A stretch of DNA of 64,000 nt from an uncultured Azospirillum sp. (GTDB taxonomy: Bacteria > Pseudomonadota > Alphaproteobacteria > CACIAM-22H2): positions 518 through 64,517 of the forward strand of contig CAYQDN010000004.1 in NCBI GenBank assembly GCA_964416335.1. The letters run 5' to 3'. The notes under the pieces were generated by a model. That model did no database searches. It was given only the letters and a program-made list of their open reading frames with translations, and was not told the DNA's origin. Below, in pieces: positions 9,560 to 18,061 of this stretch (the first letter of the stretch is position 1; each line of letters begins with the position of its first letter). A program made the translations under genes and the position numbers.

Positions 9560-10392
9560 CGGCGCGGGTCGAGCCGGTCCTGCAGGTCGTCGGCGACGAG
9601 GTTGATCGCCGCGACGGTCAGCAGGATCGCGAGCCCCGGCCACAGGGCAAGCCACGGTGCCTGCCAGATCGTCTCCTGGGCGCCCGTCAGCATGTTGCCC
9701 CAGCTCGGCAGCGGCGGCTGGATGCCGAGGCCGAGGAAGGAGAGCACGCTCTCGAACAGGATCGTGCCGCCGACGGCCAATGCCGTCGCCACGAGGATGG
9801 GGGCCGCACAGTTGGGCAGGATATGCACGAAGGCGACGCGCAGCGGGCCCGCCCCCATCGCCTCGGCCGCGCGCACGAAGTCGCGCGCGCGCAGCGCCAG
9901 CGTGGCCGCGCGCACGAGGCGTGCGACCTTCGGCCAGCCGAACGCGGCGACGATGGCGACGATGCGCCACAGCCCCGCCGCATCGCCGCCGGGAAGCCCG
10001 AGCTTCGCGGGATCGACGGCGGCAAGCACGATCAGCACCGGCAACACCGGCAACGACAGCACGGCGTCGGTCGCGCGCATCAATACGGCATCGACGCGCC
10101 CGCCGGCATAGCCCGCGACGAGGCCCACGAGCGTGCCCACGCACGCGGCGGCAAGGGCGGCGGCGATGCCCACCGTCAGCGACACGCGCGCACCGAAGGC
10201 AAGGCGCATCGCCACGTCGCGGCCAAGCTCGTCCGTCCCCAGCGGGTGCGCGAGGCTGGGGGCCGCGTAGCGCTGCAGGAGGTCGACCGAAGCGGGATCG
10301 TGGCCGATCATTGCGGCCAGCTGCGGGGCGAACAGCGAGGCGAGCAGGGCAAGCCCCAGCACGCACGCGGCGAAGACGGTGCGCGGGCTCAT
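9556..10392 (-). CDS. dppC: ABC transporter permease (DppC/OppC family)
   Basis: Start MSPRTVFAAC at 10392 within the long ORF. Multi-TM protein with EAA-like loop (AAEAMGAGPLRVAFVHILPN). Confidence 0.85.
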   Translation of the reverse strand: MSPRTVFAACVLGLALLASLFAPQLAAMIGHDPASVDLLQRYAAPSLAHPLGTDELGRDVAMRLAFGARVSLTVGIAAALAAACVGTLVGLVAGYAGGRVDAVLMRATDAVLSLPVLPVLIVLAAVDPAKLGLPGGDAAGLWRIVAIVAAFGWPKVARLVRAATLALRARDFVRAAEAMGAGPLRVAFVHILPNCAAPILVATALAVGGTILFESVLSFLGLGIQPPLPSWGNMLTGAQETIWQAPWLALWPGLAILLTVAAINLVADDLQDRLDPRR

Positions 10393-11360
10393 GCGCCGTC
10401 GTCCGGCCCGCGCGTGCCGATGCGCGGATCGAGGGCGGCGTAGACGAGGTCGGCCGCGAAGTTCGCCGCGATGACGAGCAGGGCCGCCATCAGCAGGCAC
10501 GCCAGCGCGAGGTTGAAGTCGCTCGCCAGGATCGCGTCGTAGATGAGCTTGCCCATGCCGGGATAGGCGAAGATCGTCTCGGTCACCAGCGCCCCGGAGA
10601 AGAGCCCGCCGAAGCCGAGGGCCGCGACCGTCGCGACGGGCACGAGCGCGTTGCGCAAGACATGATGGACGAGCACGCGCCGCTCGCTTGCCCCCTTGGC
10701 GCGCGCGGTGCGCACCCAGTCCTGCGCCAGCGCCTCGCCGGCGGCCGCACGCATGTGGCGCGCATATTCGCCCGCTTCCACGAGTGCGAGCGTCGTCACT
10801 GGCAGCACCAGCGCCTTGGCGTGCGCCCAGAAGCCCTCGCTGCCCGGCGGGGGCAAGGCGCTTGCCGGCAGCCAGCCGAGGATCACGGCGAACAGCACGA
10901 TGAGCAGCAGGCCGAGCCAGAAGGTCGGGATCGCCGCCGATACGAAGGCGAAGGCGTTGATCGCCGCATCGAGCCAGCCGCCGCGGCGTGCGGCGGCAAG
11001 CAGCCCGAGCGGCAGGCCGAGGGCGAGGGCGAGGGCAAAGGCCGCGAGCATCAACGCCGCCGTGTTGGCGAGATACGGGCCCAGTGTCGCGAGTACGGGC
11101 TTGGCGAAGATGCGGCTGTAGCCGAGATCGCCGTGCAGCAACGCGAGCAGCCAGTCGGCATAGCGCGACGTGAGCGGCCGGTCGAGCCCGTGCAGTTCGC
11201 GCAGGCGGCGCATGTCGTCGGGCGTGACGTTGGGATTGCCCGAGGCCATCAGGTCGATCGGATCGCCCGGCATCAGGCCGAGCAGCATGTAGATCGCGAA
11301 GCTCGCGAAGAGCAGGACGACGAGACCCTGCAACGCGCGGTCGCCCGCATGGCGGATCAT
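10389..11360 (-). CDS. dppB: ABC transporter permease (DppB/OppB family)
   Basis: Start MIRHAGDRAL at 11360. Conserved RTARAKGASERRVLVHHVLRNAL loop. Stop overlaps the dppC start. Confidence 0.85.
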   Translation of the reverse strand: MIRHAGDRALQGLVVLLFASFAIYMLLGLMPGDPIDLMASGNPNVTPDDMRRLRELHGLDRPLTSRYADWLLALLHGDLGYSRIFAKPVLATLGPYLANTAALMLAAFALALALGLPLGLLAAARRGGWLDAAINAFAFVSAAIPTFWLGLLLIVLFAVILGWLPASALPPPGSEGFWAHAKALVLPVTTLALVEAGEYARHMRAAAGEALAQDWVRTARAKGASERRVLVHHVLRNALVPVATVAALGFGGLFSGALVTETIFAYPGMGKLIYDAILASDFNLALACLLMAALLVIAANFAADLVYAALDPRIGTRGPDDGA

Positions 11361-13009
11361 CGCGGATGCCAGTGCTCGACGCGCAGCGTCGAATAATACT
11401 GGTGGCCCGTGGGCTCGATGCCGGCGAGCCATTTGGGCACCACGAACGGATCGGAGCGGTAGTAGAGCGGCAGCACCCAGGCCTCGTCGGCATAGAGCTT
11501 CTGCATGCGCGCCCAGATCGCCTTGCGCGCGTTCGCGTCGAGCTCGCGCTCGACCGCGTCGATGAGCCCGTCCATCCCGGCATCCGCAAGGCCCGGCTGG
11601 TTCTGCCCCGACCAGCTGTTCGCCTCGGTCGGGATGCCCTCGGAATGCAGCGTCGTGCGCGGCACCGCTTCGGGCGCGGAGAACCACGCGTACATCGCCA
11701 GCTGGAAGCGGCGCTGGCGCAGCGTTTCGCCGAAATAGACGCGCGCGGGTTCGTTGCGGATGCGCACGTCCACGCCGGCCCGCTTCCACTGGCTCTGCAG
11801 CACCTGCTGCACGGTCTCGCGGATGCGATTGCCCGCGGTGGTGCCGAACTCGAAGGCGAGCTTCTCGCCGGCTGCGTTCTGGCGCACGCCGTCGACGACC
11901 TTGTCGTAGCCGGCTTCGGCCAGCAGTGCTTGCGCGCGGGCGAGGTCGAACGGATAGGCGGGCGTGTCGGCGGCGTAGATCGAATCGCGCGGATTGACGA
12001 AGGAGCGCGCGACCGGCTGCTTGCCTTCGAAGAGCTGGCGCACCAGCCCCTCGCGGTCGAGTGCATAGAGCAGCGCCTGGCGCACGCGTCTGTCCTTGAA
12101 GGCGGGGATGTCGAGATTGAGATCGACATGCTCGTAGAGCAGGCTCGGCACGTACTGGAAGTCGAAGCGCGCGGCCTGCCGCTTCTCCAGCGCCAGCGCC
12201 TGGTCGAGCGTGAAGCCGAGCTCGCCCGCCACATAGTCGATGCTGCCCGACAGCAGGTTGGCCTCGAGGGCGGCCGTGTTCTCGATCACGCGCACGACGA
12301 TGCGCTTGAAGTGGGGCTTCGCCCCGTTCCACTGCGCGTTGGGTTCGAGCGTGATCGAAGCCCCCGGCTGCACGGAAGCGATGCGGTAGGGGCCGTTATA
12401 GAGCGCGGGGTTCGAAGGCTCGGTATCGAAGGCGGTGCGCCGCTTGTACGTCTCGGGATCGGCCTCGAAGCGCTTGCGCTCGACATGGTCGGGCAGCAGG
12501 TCGAACTGGCTGAAGTCGTTGTAGGTGAAGGTCACGCGGTCGTTGGTGAACACCACTGTCTTTTCGTCGGGCGTCTCGACCTTGAGGATGCGCCGGTAGC
12601 CTTCGCCGCTGGCGACCCCGGTGCGCGGATGGCGGCCGACGTCCCAGGCGAGGACCGCGTCCTTCGCGGTGACCGGCGTGCCGTCGCCCCATTTCGCGTC
12701 GGGCTGCAGGCGGAACGTGACCTCGCTGCCTTCCTTGCCGTCGGGCAATGCGACGCGCTTCGCGCCGCCGTTCTCGAAGGTCGGCAGCTCGACGCACAGC
12801 AGGCAGACGAGCTTCCAGTCCTTGTCGAAGGTGGTGAGCGGCCGGCGCGCCATGCCGAGCACGTAGCTCTTCGCCGCCATCGAATCGATCATCGGATGCA
12901 GCGTGGCCGGGAACTGCGTGATGCCGATGGTCAGCGTGTCGCGGACCTGGCCGTGCGCCGTGCCTGCAAGGGCGAGGAGGGCGGCGGCGAGGAGCGCGGC
13001 GCGGCGCAT
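11357..13009 (-). CDS. ABC transporter substrate-binding protein, family 5 (DppA/OppA-like), with signal peptide
   Basis: ORF 11357..13009. MRRAALLAAALLALAGTAHG signal peptide. Stop overlaps the dppB start. Confidence 0.85.
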   Translation of the reverse strand: MRRAALLAAALLALAGTAHGQVRDTLTIGITQFPATLHPMIDSMAAKSYVLGMARRPLTTFDKDWKLVCLLCVELPTFENGGAKRVALPDGKEGSEVTFRLQPDAKWGDGTPVTAKDAVLAWDVGRHPRTGVASGEGYRRILKVETPDEKTVVFTNDRVTFTYNDFSQFDLLPDHVERKRFEADPETYKRRTAFDTEPSNPALYNGPYRIASVQPGASITLEPNAQWNGAKPHFKRIVVRVIENTAALEANLLSGSIDYVAGELGFTLDQALALEKRQAARFDFQYVPSLLYEHVDLNLDIPAFKDRRVRQALLYALDREGLVRQLFEGKQPVARSFVNPRDSIYAADTPAYPFDLARAQALLAEAGYDKVVDGVRQNAAGEKLAFEFGTTAGNRIRETVQQVLQSQWKRAGVDVRIRNEPARVYFGETLRQRRFQLAMYAWFSAPEAVPRTTLHSEGIPTEANSWSGQNQPGLADAGMDGLIDAVERELDANARKAIWARMQKLYADEAWVLPLYYRSDPFVVPKWLAGIEPTGHQYYSTLRVEHWHPR

Positions 13010-13015
13010 GGCGCC

Positions 13016-13699
13016 CTACGCTTCCTTCTTGGTGCCGTCGCCGCCGCCATGCGCCAGCGACCATTTGACGGGGGCCTCGAGGAACCGGCGTACCTCGGCC
13101 AGATCGGAAGCACTATAAACCTTCTGCTTCTCGGTCTCCTTCAGCACGTCCCACCAGGTGGCGAGTGCGTGCAGGTCCACGCCTTCCTTCTTCAGGCCCG
13201 CGATGGCCTCGGGGAAGATGCCGTAGTGGAAGACGACGAAGGCGTGCGCGACCTTCGCCCCCGCCTGGCGCAGGCCGTTGACGAAATGCATCTTCGAAGC
13301 GCCGTCGGTGGCGAGATCCTCGACCAGCAGCACGCGCTGGCCTTCGGCGAGGTCGCCCTCGATCAGCGCGTTCATGCCGTAGCCCTTGGGCTTCTTGCGC
13401 ACATAGAGCATCGGCAGCTCGAGCCGCTCGGCGATCCACGCGGCATAGGGGATGCCCGCGGTCTCGCCGCCGGCGACGGCGTCGATGCCGGCATAGCCGA
13501 CATGGCGCTCGATCGTCGTGACGGCCATGTCCATCAGCTTGTTGCGCGCGCGCGGGAAGCCGATGAGCTTGCGGCAGTTGCAATAGGTGGGGCTGGCGAG
13601 CCCCGAGGCGAAGATATAGGGCTTCGTCGCGTTGAACTGGATTGCCCGGGTCTCGATCAGGATGCGCGCGGTCGTCTCGGCAATCTCTTCGGGCGACAT
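13016..13699 (-). CDS. pyrE: Orotate phosphoribosyltransferase
   Basis: Start MSPEEIAETT at 13699, at the 3' end of the spurious 1652-aa ORF. PRPP-binding motif VLLVEDLATDG. Confidence 0.85.
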   Translation of the reverse strand: MSPEEIAETTARILIETRAIQFNATKPYIFASGLASPTYCNCRKLIGFPRARNKLMDMAVTTIERHVGYAGIDAVAGGETAGIPYAAWIAERLELPMLYVRKKPKGYGMNALIEGDLAEGQRVLLVEDLATDGASKMHFVNGLRQAGAKVAHAFVVFHYGIFPEAIAGLKKEGVDLHALATWWDVLKETEKQKVYSASDLAEVRRFLEAPVKWSLAHGGGDGTKKEA

Positions 13700-13787
13700 G
13701 GAAGCTCCTTGGAATGACTCGGTTTTTCGGTTGTAGGCCCGGCCCGGCAGGCCCGCAAGGCGGCTTGGCCGGACGCCCGCCAAAAAC

Positions 13788-13805
13788 TTATCCACGTTAT
13801 CCACA
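13788..13805 (+). promoter_or_regulatory. Two tandem DnaA-box-like sequences (TTATCCACG TTATCCACA)
   Basis: Both nonamers match the DnaA box consensus TTATCCACA (one perfectly). They lie about 65 bp upstream of the ATG at 13871. Confidence 0.4.
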
Positions 13806-13870
13806 GGCTCTTGATACAATATAGAGCGTACGCCGAGTCGCTCGACGTCAAGCCAAAGTATCCGGTGCCC

Positions 13871-14842
13871 ATGGCCGCGATCGCCACCCCGAAGCCCCGC
13901 CGTTTCACCGCCGCCCTGCGCTCGACCGTCTATCTGGGCGGGGCGATGCTCGTGGGCGGGGCCGCGATGGTGGGCGTGCTGAGCCAGACCGCGGCGCGCA
14001 AGCCCATCGCGCGCCCGCCGGTCGCCACGTTCGCACTGCCGCCGGCGCCGGTCGTCGTCGCGGCGGCACCCGTCGCCGCACCCGCACCCGAGCCGGTTCC
14101 CGTTGCCGTCGCCGTCGTCGAGGAACCCAAGGCCCCGGAGCCGCCGCCGCTGCCGGTCGTCGAAGTGGATTCGGTGGCGCAAGGCATCCCGGTCGCGGGC
14201 CTGCGCATCCAGAAATCGCCGGCCGGCTGGATCGATTCCATGGCCGCCGAGAACGACGGTGCTGTGCTGCGCGTGTCGGGCTGGGCCGGCGATCCGGGGC
14301 TCGGGCTGCGCATTCCCTATGTGGCGGTGGGGGCATGCGGCAAGGTCGTGGCGATGGTGCAGGTCGACCAGCCGCGCCCGGATGTCGCGCGCAGCGTGCA
14401 TCCCAATCTCGACCGCGCGGGCTGGCAGGCGCGGCTTTTCGCCGGCCATCTGCCCGCGTGCAAGGACCGCAAGCTCGAAGCCTATGCGCTGCTGCCCGGC
14501 GGCCAGGCCTTCGTCGCCCTGCAGACCACGCAGGATTATCCGCTGGCCGCGGCCGCCGACGTCTCGCGTGTGGCTCCGCATGGCCCGCCCGGCCTGATCG
14601 CACCCGGCGATCTCGCCTACGGCCCGCCGGTGCGCGTCAAGCTTGCGGCGGCTTCCGCGCTGCGCCGCTGCGCGCAGTCGGTATGCGAGAGCCTGGGCCA
14701 GGTCGCGCGCGGCGAGCATCGCATCCTGACGCTCGACCGGCGCGACGGCTGGGCGCTCGTGCATATCGCGGCCGACAACCGCGTGGGCTGGCTGCCCGAA
14801 ACGGCGATCGAGAAGCTGCCCGAGCGCGTCGCCCAGCGCTGA
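13871..14842 (+). CDS. Hypothetical membrane-anchored Pro/Ala-rich protein with C-terminal SH3-like domain
   Basis: ORF 13811..14842 (TTG) with internal ATG at 13871. One N-terminal TM segment. Long PAPVVVAAAPVAAPAPEP linker. C-terminal GEHRILTLDRRDGWALVHIAADNRVGWLPETAIE resembles a bacterial SH3 domain. Confidence 0.55.
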   Translation: MAAIATPKPRRFTAALRSTVYLGGAMLVGGAAMVGVLSQTAARKPIARPPVATFALPPAPVVVAAAPVAAPAPEPVPVAVAVVEEPKAPEPPPLPVVEVDSVAQGIPVAGLRIQKSPAGWIDSMAAENDGAVLRVSGWAGDPGLGLRIPYVAVGACGKVVAMVQVDQPRPDVARSVHPNLDRAGWQARLFAGHLPACKDRKLEAYALLPGGQAFVALQTTQDYPLAAAADVSRVAPHGPPGLIAPGDLAYGPPVRVKLAAASALRRCAQSVCESLGQVARGEHRILTLDRRDGWALVHIAADNRVGWLPETAIEKLPERVAQR

Positions 14843-14846
14843 ATCA

Positions 14847-14938
14847 AAAAAGTCGTGGATGCCCGGCATTCGCCGGGCATGACGGGAAAAGCGAGAATCG
14901 TCATGCCCGCGCTTGTCGCTGGCATCCACGACTTTTGT
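14847..14938. repeat. REP/BIME-like palindromic repeat, family A, copy 1 (two half-units facing each other)
   Basis: AAAAGTCGTGGATGCCCGGCATTCGCCGGGCATGACGG ... CGTCATGCCCGCG ... GGCATCCACGACTTTTGT. Nested inverted repeats. Related copies at about 18.6, 39.3 and 56.3 kb. Confidence 0.8.
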
Positions 14939-15063
14939 GTTTCTTGCCGGCCCGGCAGGAATTGCCGGGGCCCGTCGATGGCGCCCCGTACACCCGGCAA
15001 TAAGTTTCCAGCGAGACGCACCGCTTCGCGCTAACCCGTTGAAATGCGGGCTTTGCCGCGCAC

Positions 15064-15077
15064 GGCACAAAGCTTGC
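15064..15077 (+). promoter_or_regulatory. Sigma-54 (RpoN) promoter, GGCAC-N5-TTGC (-24/-12)
   Basis: cacGGCACaaagcTTGCgg matches TGGCAC-N5-TTGC with GG and GC spaced 10 nt apart. It lies 33 nt upstream of the flagellin ATG, as in Caulobacter-type flagellin genes. Confidence 0.6.
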
Positions 15078-15109
15078 GGTTCTCCCGTCAACCTTTCGGG
15101 AGTCCGGAC

Positions 15110-15928
15110 ATGTCCCAGTCGATCAACACCAACGTCGCCGCCATGATGGCGCAGAGTGCGCTGCGCACCGCCGGTGCCCAGCTCGACCGCGCCTCGAAGA
15201 CGGTGCAGACCGGCTACCGCGTCGCCGACGCGATGGACGATGCCTCGACCTTCTCGGTGGCGCAGGGTATTCGCGGCAACCTGCAGGCCTTCGGTGCCGT
15301 GCAGCAGTCGCTGACCAACGGGACGGGCCTGGGTGCCGTGACCGACGCGGCACTCACCGGCATCTCCAACCTGATCGGCAACCTGCAGGCCAAGACCACG
15401 CAGCTTGCCGACGGGGCGATCAGCGCCAACCAGCGCACGATCTACACGGCCGACTTCAACGCGATGACCTCGCAGATCTCCACCTTCATCAGCCAGGCGA
15501 ACTACAACGGCGTCAACCTGCTGTCGTCGGCCTCGGCCGCGCGCACGTTCCTGGTCGACACCAACGCCAACACGCAGTCGCTGCCCAGCCAGTCGTCGGT
15601 CAACGCGGCCTTCACGACGTTCAACACCTCGTCGGTCACGTCGGCCTCGGCCGCCACGCTCGCCCTCACCTCGCTGCAGACCTTCTCGCAGGCGGTCCTG
15701 CTCTCGCTCGAGGGCAACGCCGCCTCCACGCAGGGGCTGCGCCTGCAGAACGCCTTCATCAGCAGCCAGGTCGACGCGATCCAGACCGGGCTCGGCGCCA
15801 CGATCGATGCCGACATCGGCAAGGCCTCGGCCGAGGTGCAGTCGCGCACCGTCCAGCGCCAGCTCGGCGTCCAGTCGCTGTCGCTGGCCAACCAGCAGCC
15901 CTCGACGCTGCTCGCCCTCTTCCGCTGA
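15110..15928 (+). CDS. Flagellin (alphaproteobacterial Fla/FljK type, about 272 aa)
   Basis: MSQSINTNVAAMMAQSALRTAGAQLDRASKTVQTGYRVADAMDDASTFSVAQGIR N-terminus and LSLANQQPSTLLALFR C-terminus are classic flagellin D0 helices. Confidence 0.85.
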   Translation: MSQSINTNVAAMMAQSALRTAGAQLDRASKTVQTGYRVADAMDDASTFSVAQGIRGNLQAFGAVQQSLTNGTGLGAVTDAALTGISNLIGNLQAKTTQLADGAISANQRTIYTADFNAMTSQISTFISQANYNGVNLLSSASAARTFLVDTNANTQSLPSQSSVNAAFTTFNTSSVTSASAATLALTSLQTFSQAVLLSLEGNAASTQGLRLQNAFISSQVDAIQTGLGATIDADIGKASAEVQSRTVQRQLGVQSLSLANQQPSTLLALFR

Positions 15929-15959
15929 AATAGGCCGCATCGGGTCTTTCAATCGGCCG

Positions 15960-15990
15960 CTCCCTTTGCGTAAGCTCGCGCAAAGGGGAG
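15960..15990 (+). terminator. Stem-loop CTCCCTTTGCG...CGCAAAGGGGAG between flagellin and the next gene; its 3' arm contains the downstream RBS
   Basis: Near-perfect 11-bp inverted repeat with an 8-nt loop. No U-tract. The downstream ATG is at 15998. Confidence 0.4.
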
Positions 15991-15997
15991 TGACCGG

Positions 15998-16855
15998 ATG
16001 AAAGCCAAGCGCAAGGCCGCCAAGAAACCCGCGAAGAAGCCGACCGGGCCCTATGCGACGCTGCCGGGCGATCCAGTGCTGGTCGACCGCGCGGTCGCGG
16101 GCGACCCCCGCATCGTCACGGTCGTGCTCAACCGGCCGGAGAAGCTCAACGCGATCTCGAGCGCCCTGTGGAAGCAGCTCGGCGAGGCGATGCGCGCACT
16201 GGACGCCGAAGACGGCATCGGCTGCATCGTGCTGCGCGGGGCGGGCGAGAAGGCCTTCGGGCCGGGGGCGGATATTTCCGAATTCGAGACGACGCGCGCC
16301 ACCACGCGCATGGCCGTCGCCTACGGCAAGGTCATGCACGCCACGCTCAAGGCGATCGACGAATGCCGCCATCCGACCGTGGCATTGATCCACGGGCTGT
16401 GCGTGGGCGGCTCGCTGGAGATCGCCAGCATGTGCGACATGCGCATCGCGGGCGAGGGGGCGCGCTTCGGCGTGCCGATCAACCGCATCGGCGTGATCAT
16501 GGCGTATCCCGAACTCTCCGCACTGGTCGATCTGGTGGGCCGCGCCACGGCGCTGGAGATCCTGCTGGAGGCGCGCGTGTTCGGGGCGGCCGAGGCGAAG
16601 GACAAGCGGATGGTCAACCGCGTGGTTCCCGACGCGAAGGTGGACGAGGAGGCGTATCTGGCGGCTTCCCGCATCGCGTCGGGGGCACCCTTGTCCAACC
16701 GCTGGCACAAGAAGTTCGCGCGGCGCCTGAAGAGCACCAAGCCGCTCAGCAAGGCCGAATATCTCGAAGGCTTCGCCAACTGCGACACGCGCGACTATCT
16801 GGAAGGCTACAAGGCCTTCCTCGAAAAGCGCCGGCCGAAATTCGAAGGACGCTGA
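15998..16855 (+). CDS. Enoyl-CoA hydratase/isomerase (crotonase) family protein
   Basis: ORF 15998..16855. Crotonase fold signatures (VVLNRPEKLNAIS, LRGAGEKAFGPGADI, GLCVGGSLEIASMCDMRIA). Confidence 0.8.
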   Translation: MKAKRKAAKKPAKKPTGPYATLPGDPVLVDRAVAGDPRIVTVVLNRPEKLNAISSALWKQLGEAMRALDAEDGIGCIVLRGAGEKAFGPGADISEFETTRATTRMAVAYGKVMHATLKAIDECRHPTVALIHGLCVGGSLEIASMCDMRIAGEGARFGVPINRIGVIMAYPELSALVDLVGRATALEILLEARVFGAAEAKDKRMVNRVVPDAKVDEEAYLAASRIASGAPLSNRWHKKFARRLKSTKPLSKAEYLEGFANCDTRDYLEGYKAFLEKRRPKFEGR

Positions 16856-16858
16856 GCC

Positions 16859-18061
16859 GTGCCGGGCGCCCTTGCCGGCCTGCGCGTGGTCGAGCTTGCG
16901 CACATCATGGCCGGCCCCGTCGCCGGCCTGATGCTGGCCGACATGGGGGCGGACGTCGTCAAGGTCGAGAAACTGCCCGGCGGCGACGACACGCGGCGCA
17001 TGGTGCCGCCGCGCGTGGGAAGCGAGAGTGCCGCCTATCTGATGATGAACCGCAACAAGCGGGGGATCGCGCTGGATCTCAAGCAGGACGCGGGCAAGGC
17101 GGTGCTGCGCCGCCTGCTCGGAAATGCCGACGTGCTGATCGAGAACTACCGGCTGGGCACGCTCGACAGGCTCGGTTTCGGCTGGGACGCGGTGCATGCG
17201 CTCAATCCGCGGCTCGTCTATTGCTCGCTGTCGGGCTTCGGGCGCACCGGGCCCTATGCCGCGCGCGGCGGCTTCGATCTGGTGGCGCAGGGCATGTCGG
17301 GCCTGATGCGCATCACGGGCGAGGGGCCGGGGCGCGCTCCCGTCAAGGTCGGCGCGCCGGTGAGCGACATCACCGCGGGCATCCTCGCGGCGATGGGCAT
17401 CCTTGGTGCGCTGCAGGCGCGCCACGCGACGGGCAAAGGCCAGCTTGTCGACACCTCGCTGTTCGAGGCGGGCATCGTGCAGACCTTCTGGCAGTCGGCG
17501 ATCGCCCTTGCCACGGGGATTTCGCCCGGTGCACTGGGTTCGGCCCATCCGCTCAACGCGCCCTACCAGGCCTTCGCCACGAAGGATTGCTGGATCAATG
17601 TCGGGGCGGCCAACCAGGCGGCGTGGCTGAAGCTGGTCGCCTGCCTCGACGCACCCGAACTCGCCGCCGATCCACGCTTTGCCGACAACGCGGCGCGCAT
17701 GGCCAATCTCGCCGCGCTCGTCGCCGCCCTCGACCCGCATTTGCGCACGCGCACGACGGCCGAATGGCTCGCCATATTCGAGAAGGCGGGCATGCCGGCC
17801 GGGCCCGTGCTGTCGATCGGCGAGATGCTCGCCGATCCGCAGACGCGGGCGCGCGGGATGGTGGTCGAGACCGATCATCCCGTCCTCGGCCGCGTGAAGA
17901 CGCTGGGTGCGCCGGTCAAATTCTCCGATACGCCGGCGGAAGTGACGCGTGCGGCCCCGCTGCTGGGCCAGCATTCGCGCGAAGTGCTGGGCGAGATCGG
18001 ATTTTCCGCCGCCGAGATCGAATCGTTCGCCGCAAGCGGTGCGGTTTCGCTGGGCGGGTGA
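16859..18061 (+). CDS. CoA-transferase family III (CaiB/BaiF; formyl-CoA transferase-like)
   Basis: GTG start 16859. GLRVVELAHIMAGPVAGLMLADMGADVVKVE N-terminus is the hallmark of family III CoA-transferases. Confidence 0.8.
   Translation: MPGALAGLRVVELAHIMAGPVAGLMLADMGADVVKVEKLPGGDDTRRMVPPRVGSESAAYLMMNRNKRGIALDLKQDAGKAVLRRLLGNADVLIENYRLGTLDRLGFGWDAVHALNPRLVYCSLSGFGRTGPYAARGGFDLVAQGMSGLMRITGEGPGRAPVKVGAPVSDITAGILAAMGILGALQARHATGKGQLVDTSLFEAGIVQTFWQSAIALATGISPGALGSAHPLNAPYQAFATKDCWINVGAANQAAWLKLVACLDAPELAADPRFADNAARMANLAALVAALDPHLRTRTTAEWLAIFEKAGMPAGPVLSIGEMLADPQTRARGMVVETDHPVLGRVKTLGAPVKFSDTPAEVTRAAPLLGQHSREVLGEIGFSAAEIESFAASGAVSLGG

Noticed and set aside
13788-13805. Chromosomal replication origin
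   Set aside because: Only two DnaA boxes are present. There is no AT-rich unwinding element, no additional boxes, and no origin-linked genes (dnaA, hemE, parAB) nearby.
14847-14938. Short ORFs translated through the REP-like repeats (peptides such as ...SRGCPAFAGHDGKSENRHARACRWHPRL...)
   Set aside because: The same peptide fragments recur at every repeat copy on both strands. They reflect palindromic DNA, not conserved proteins.
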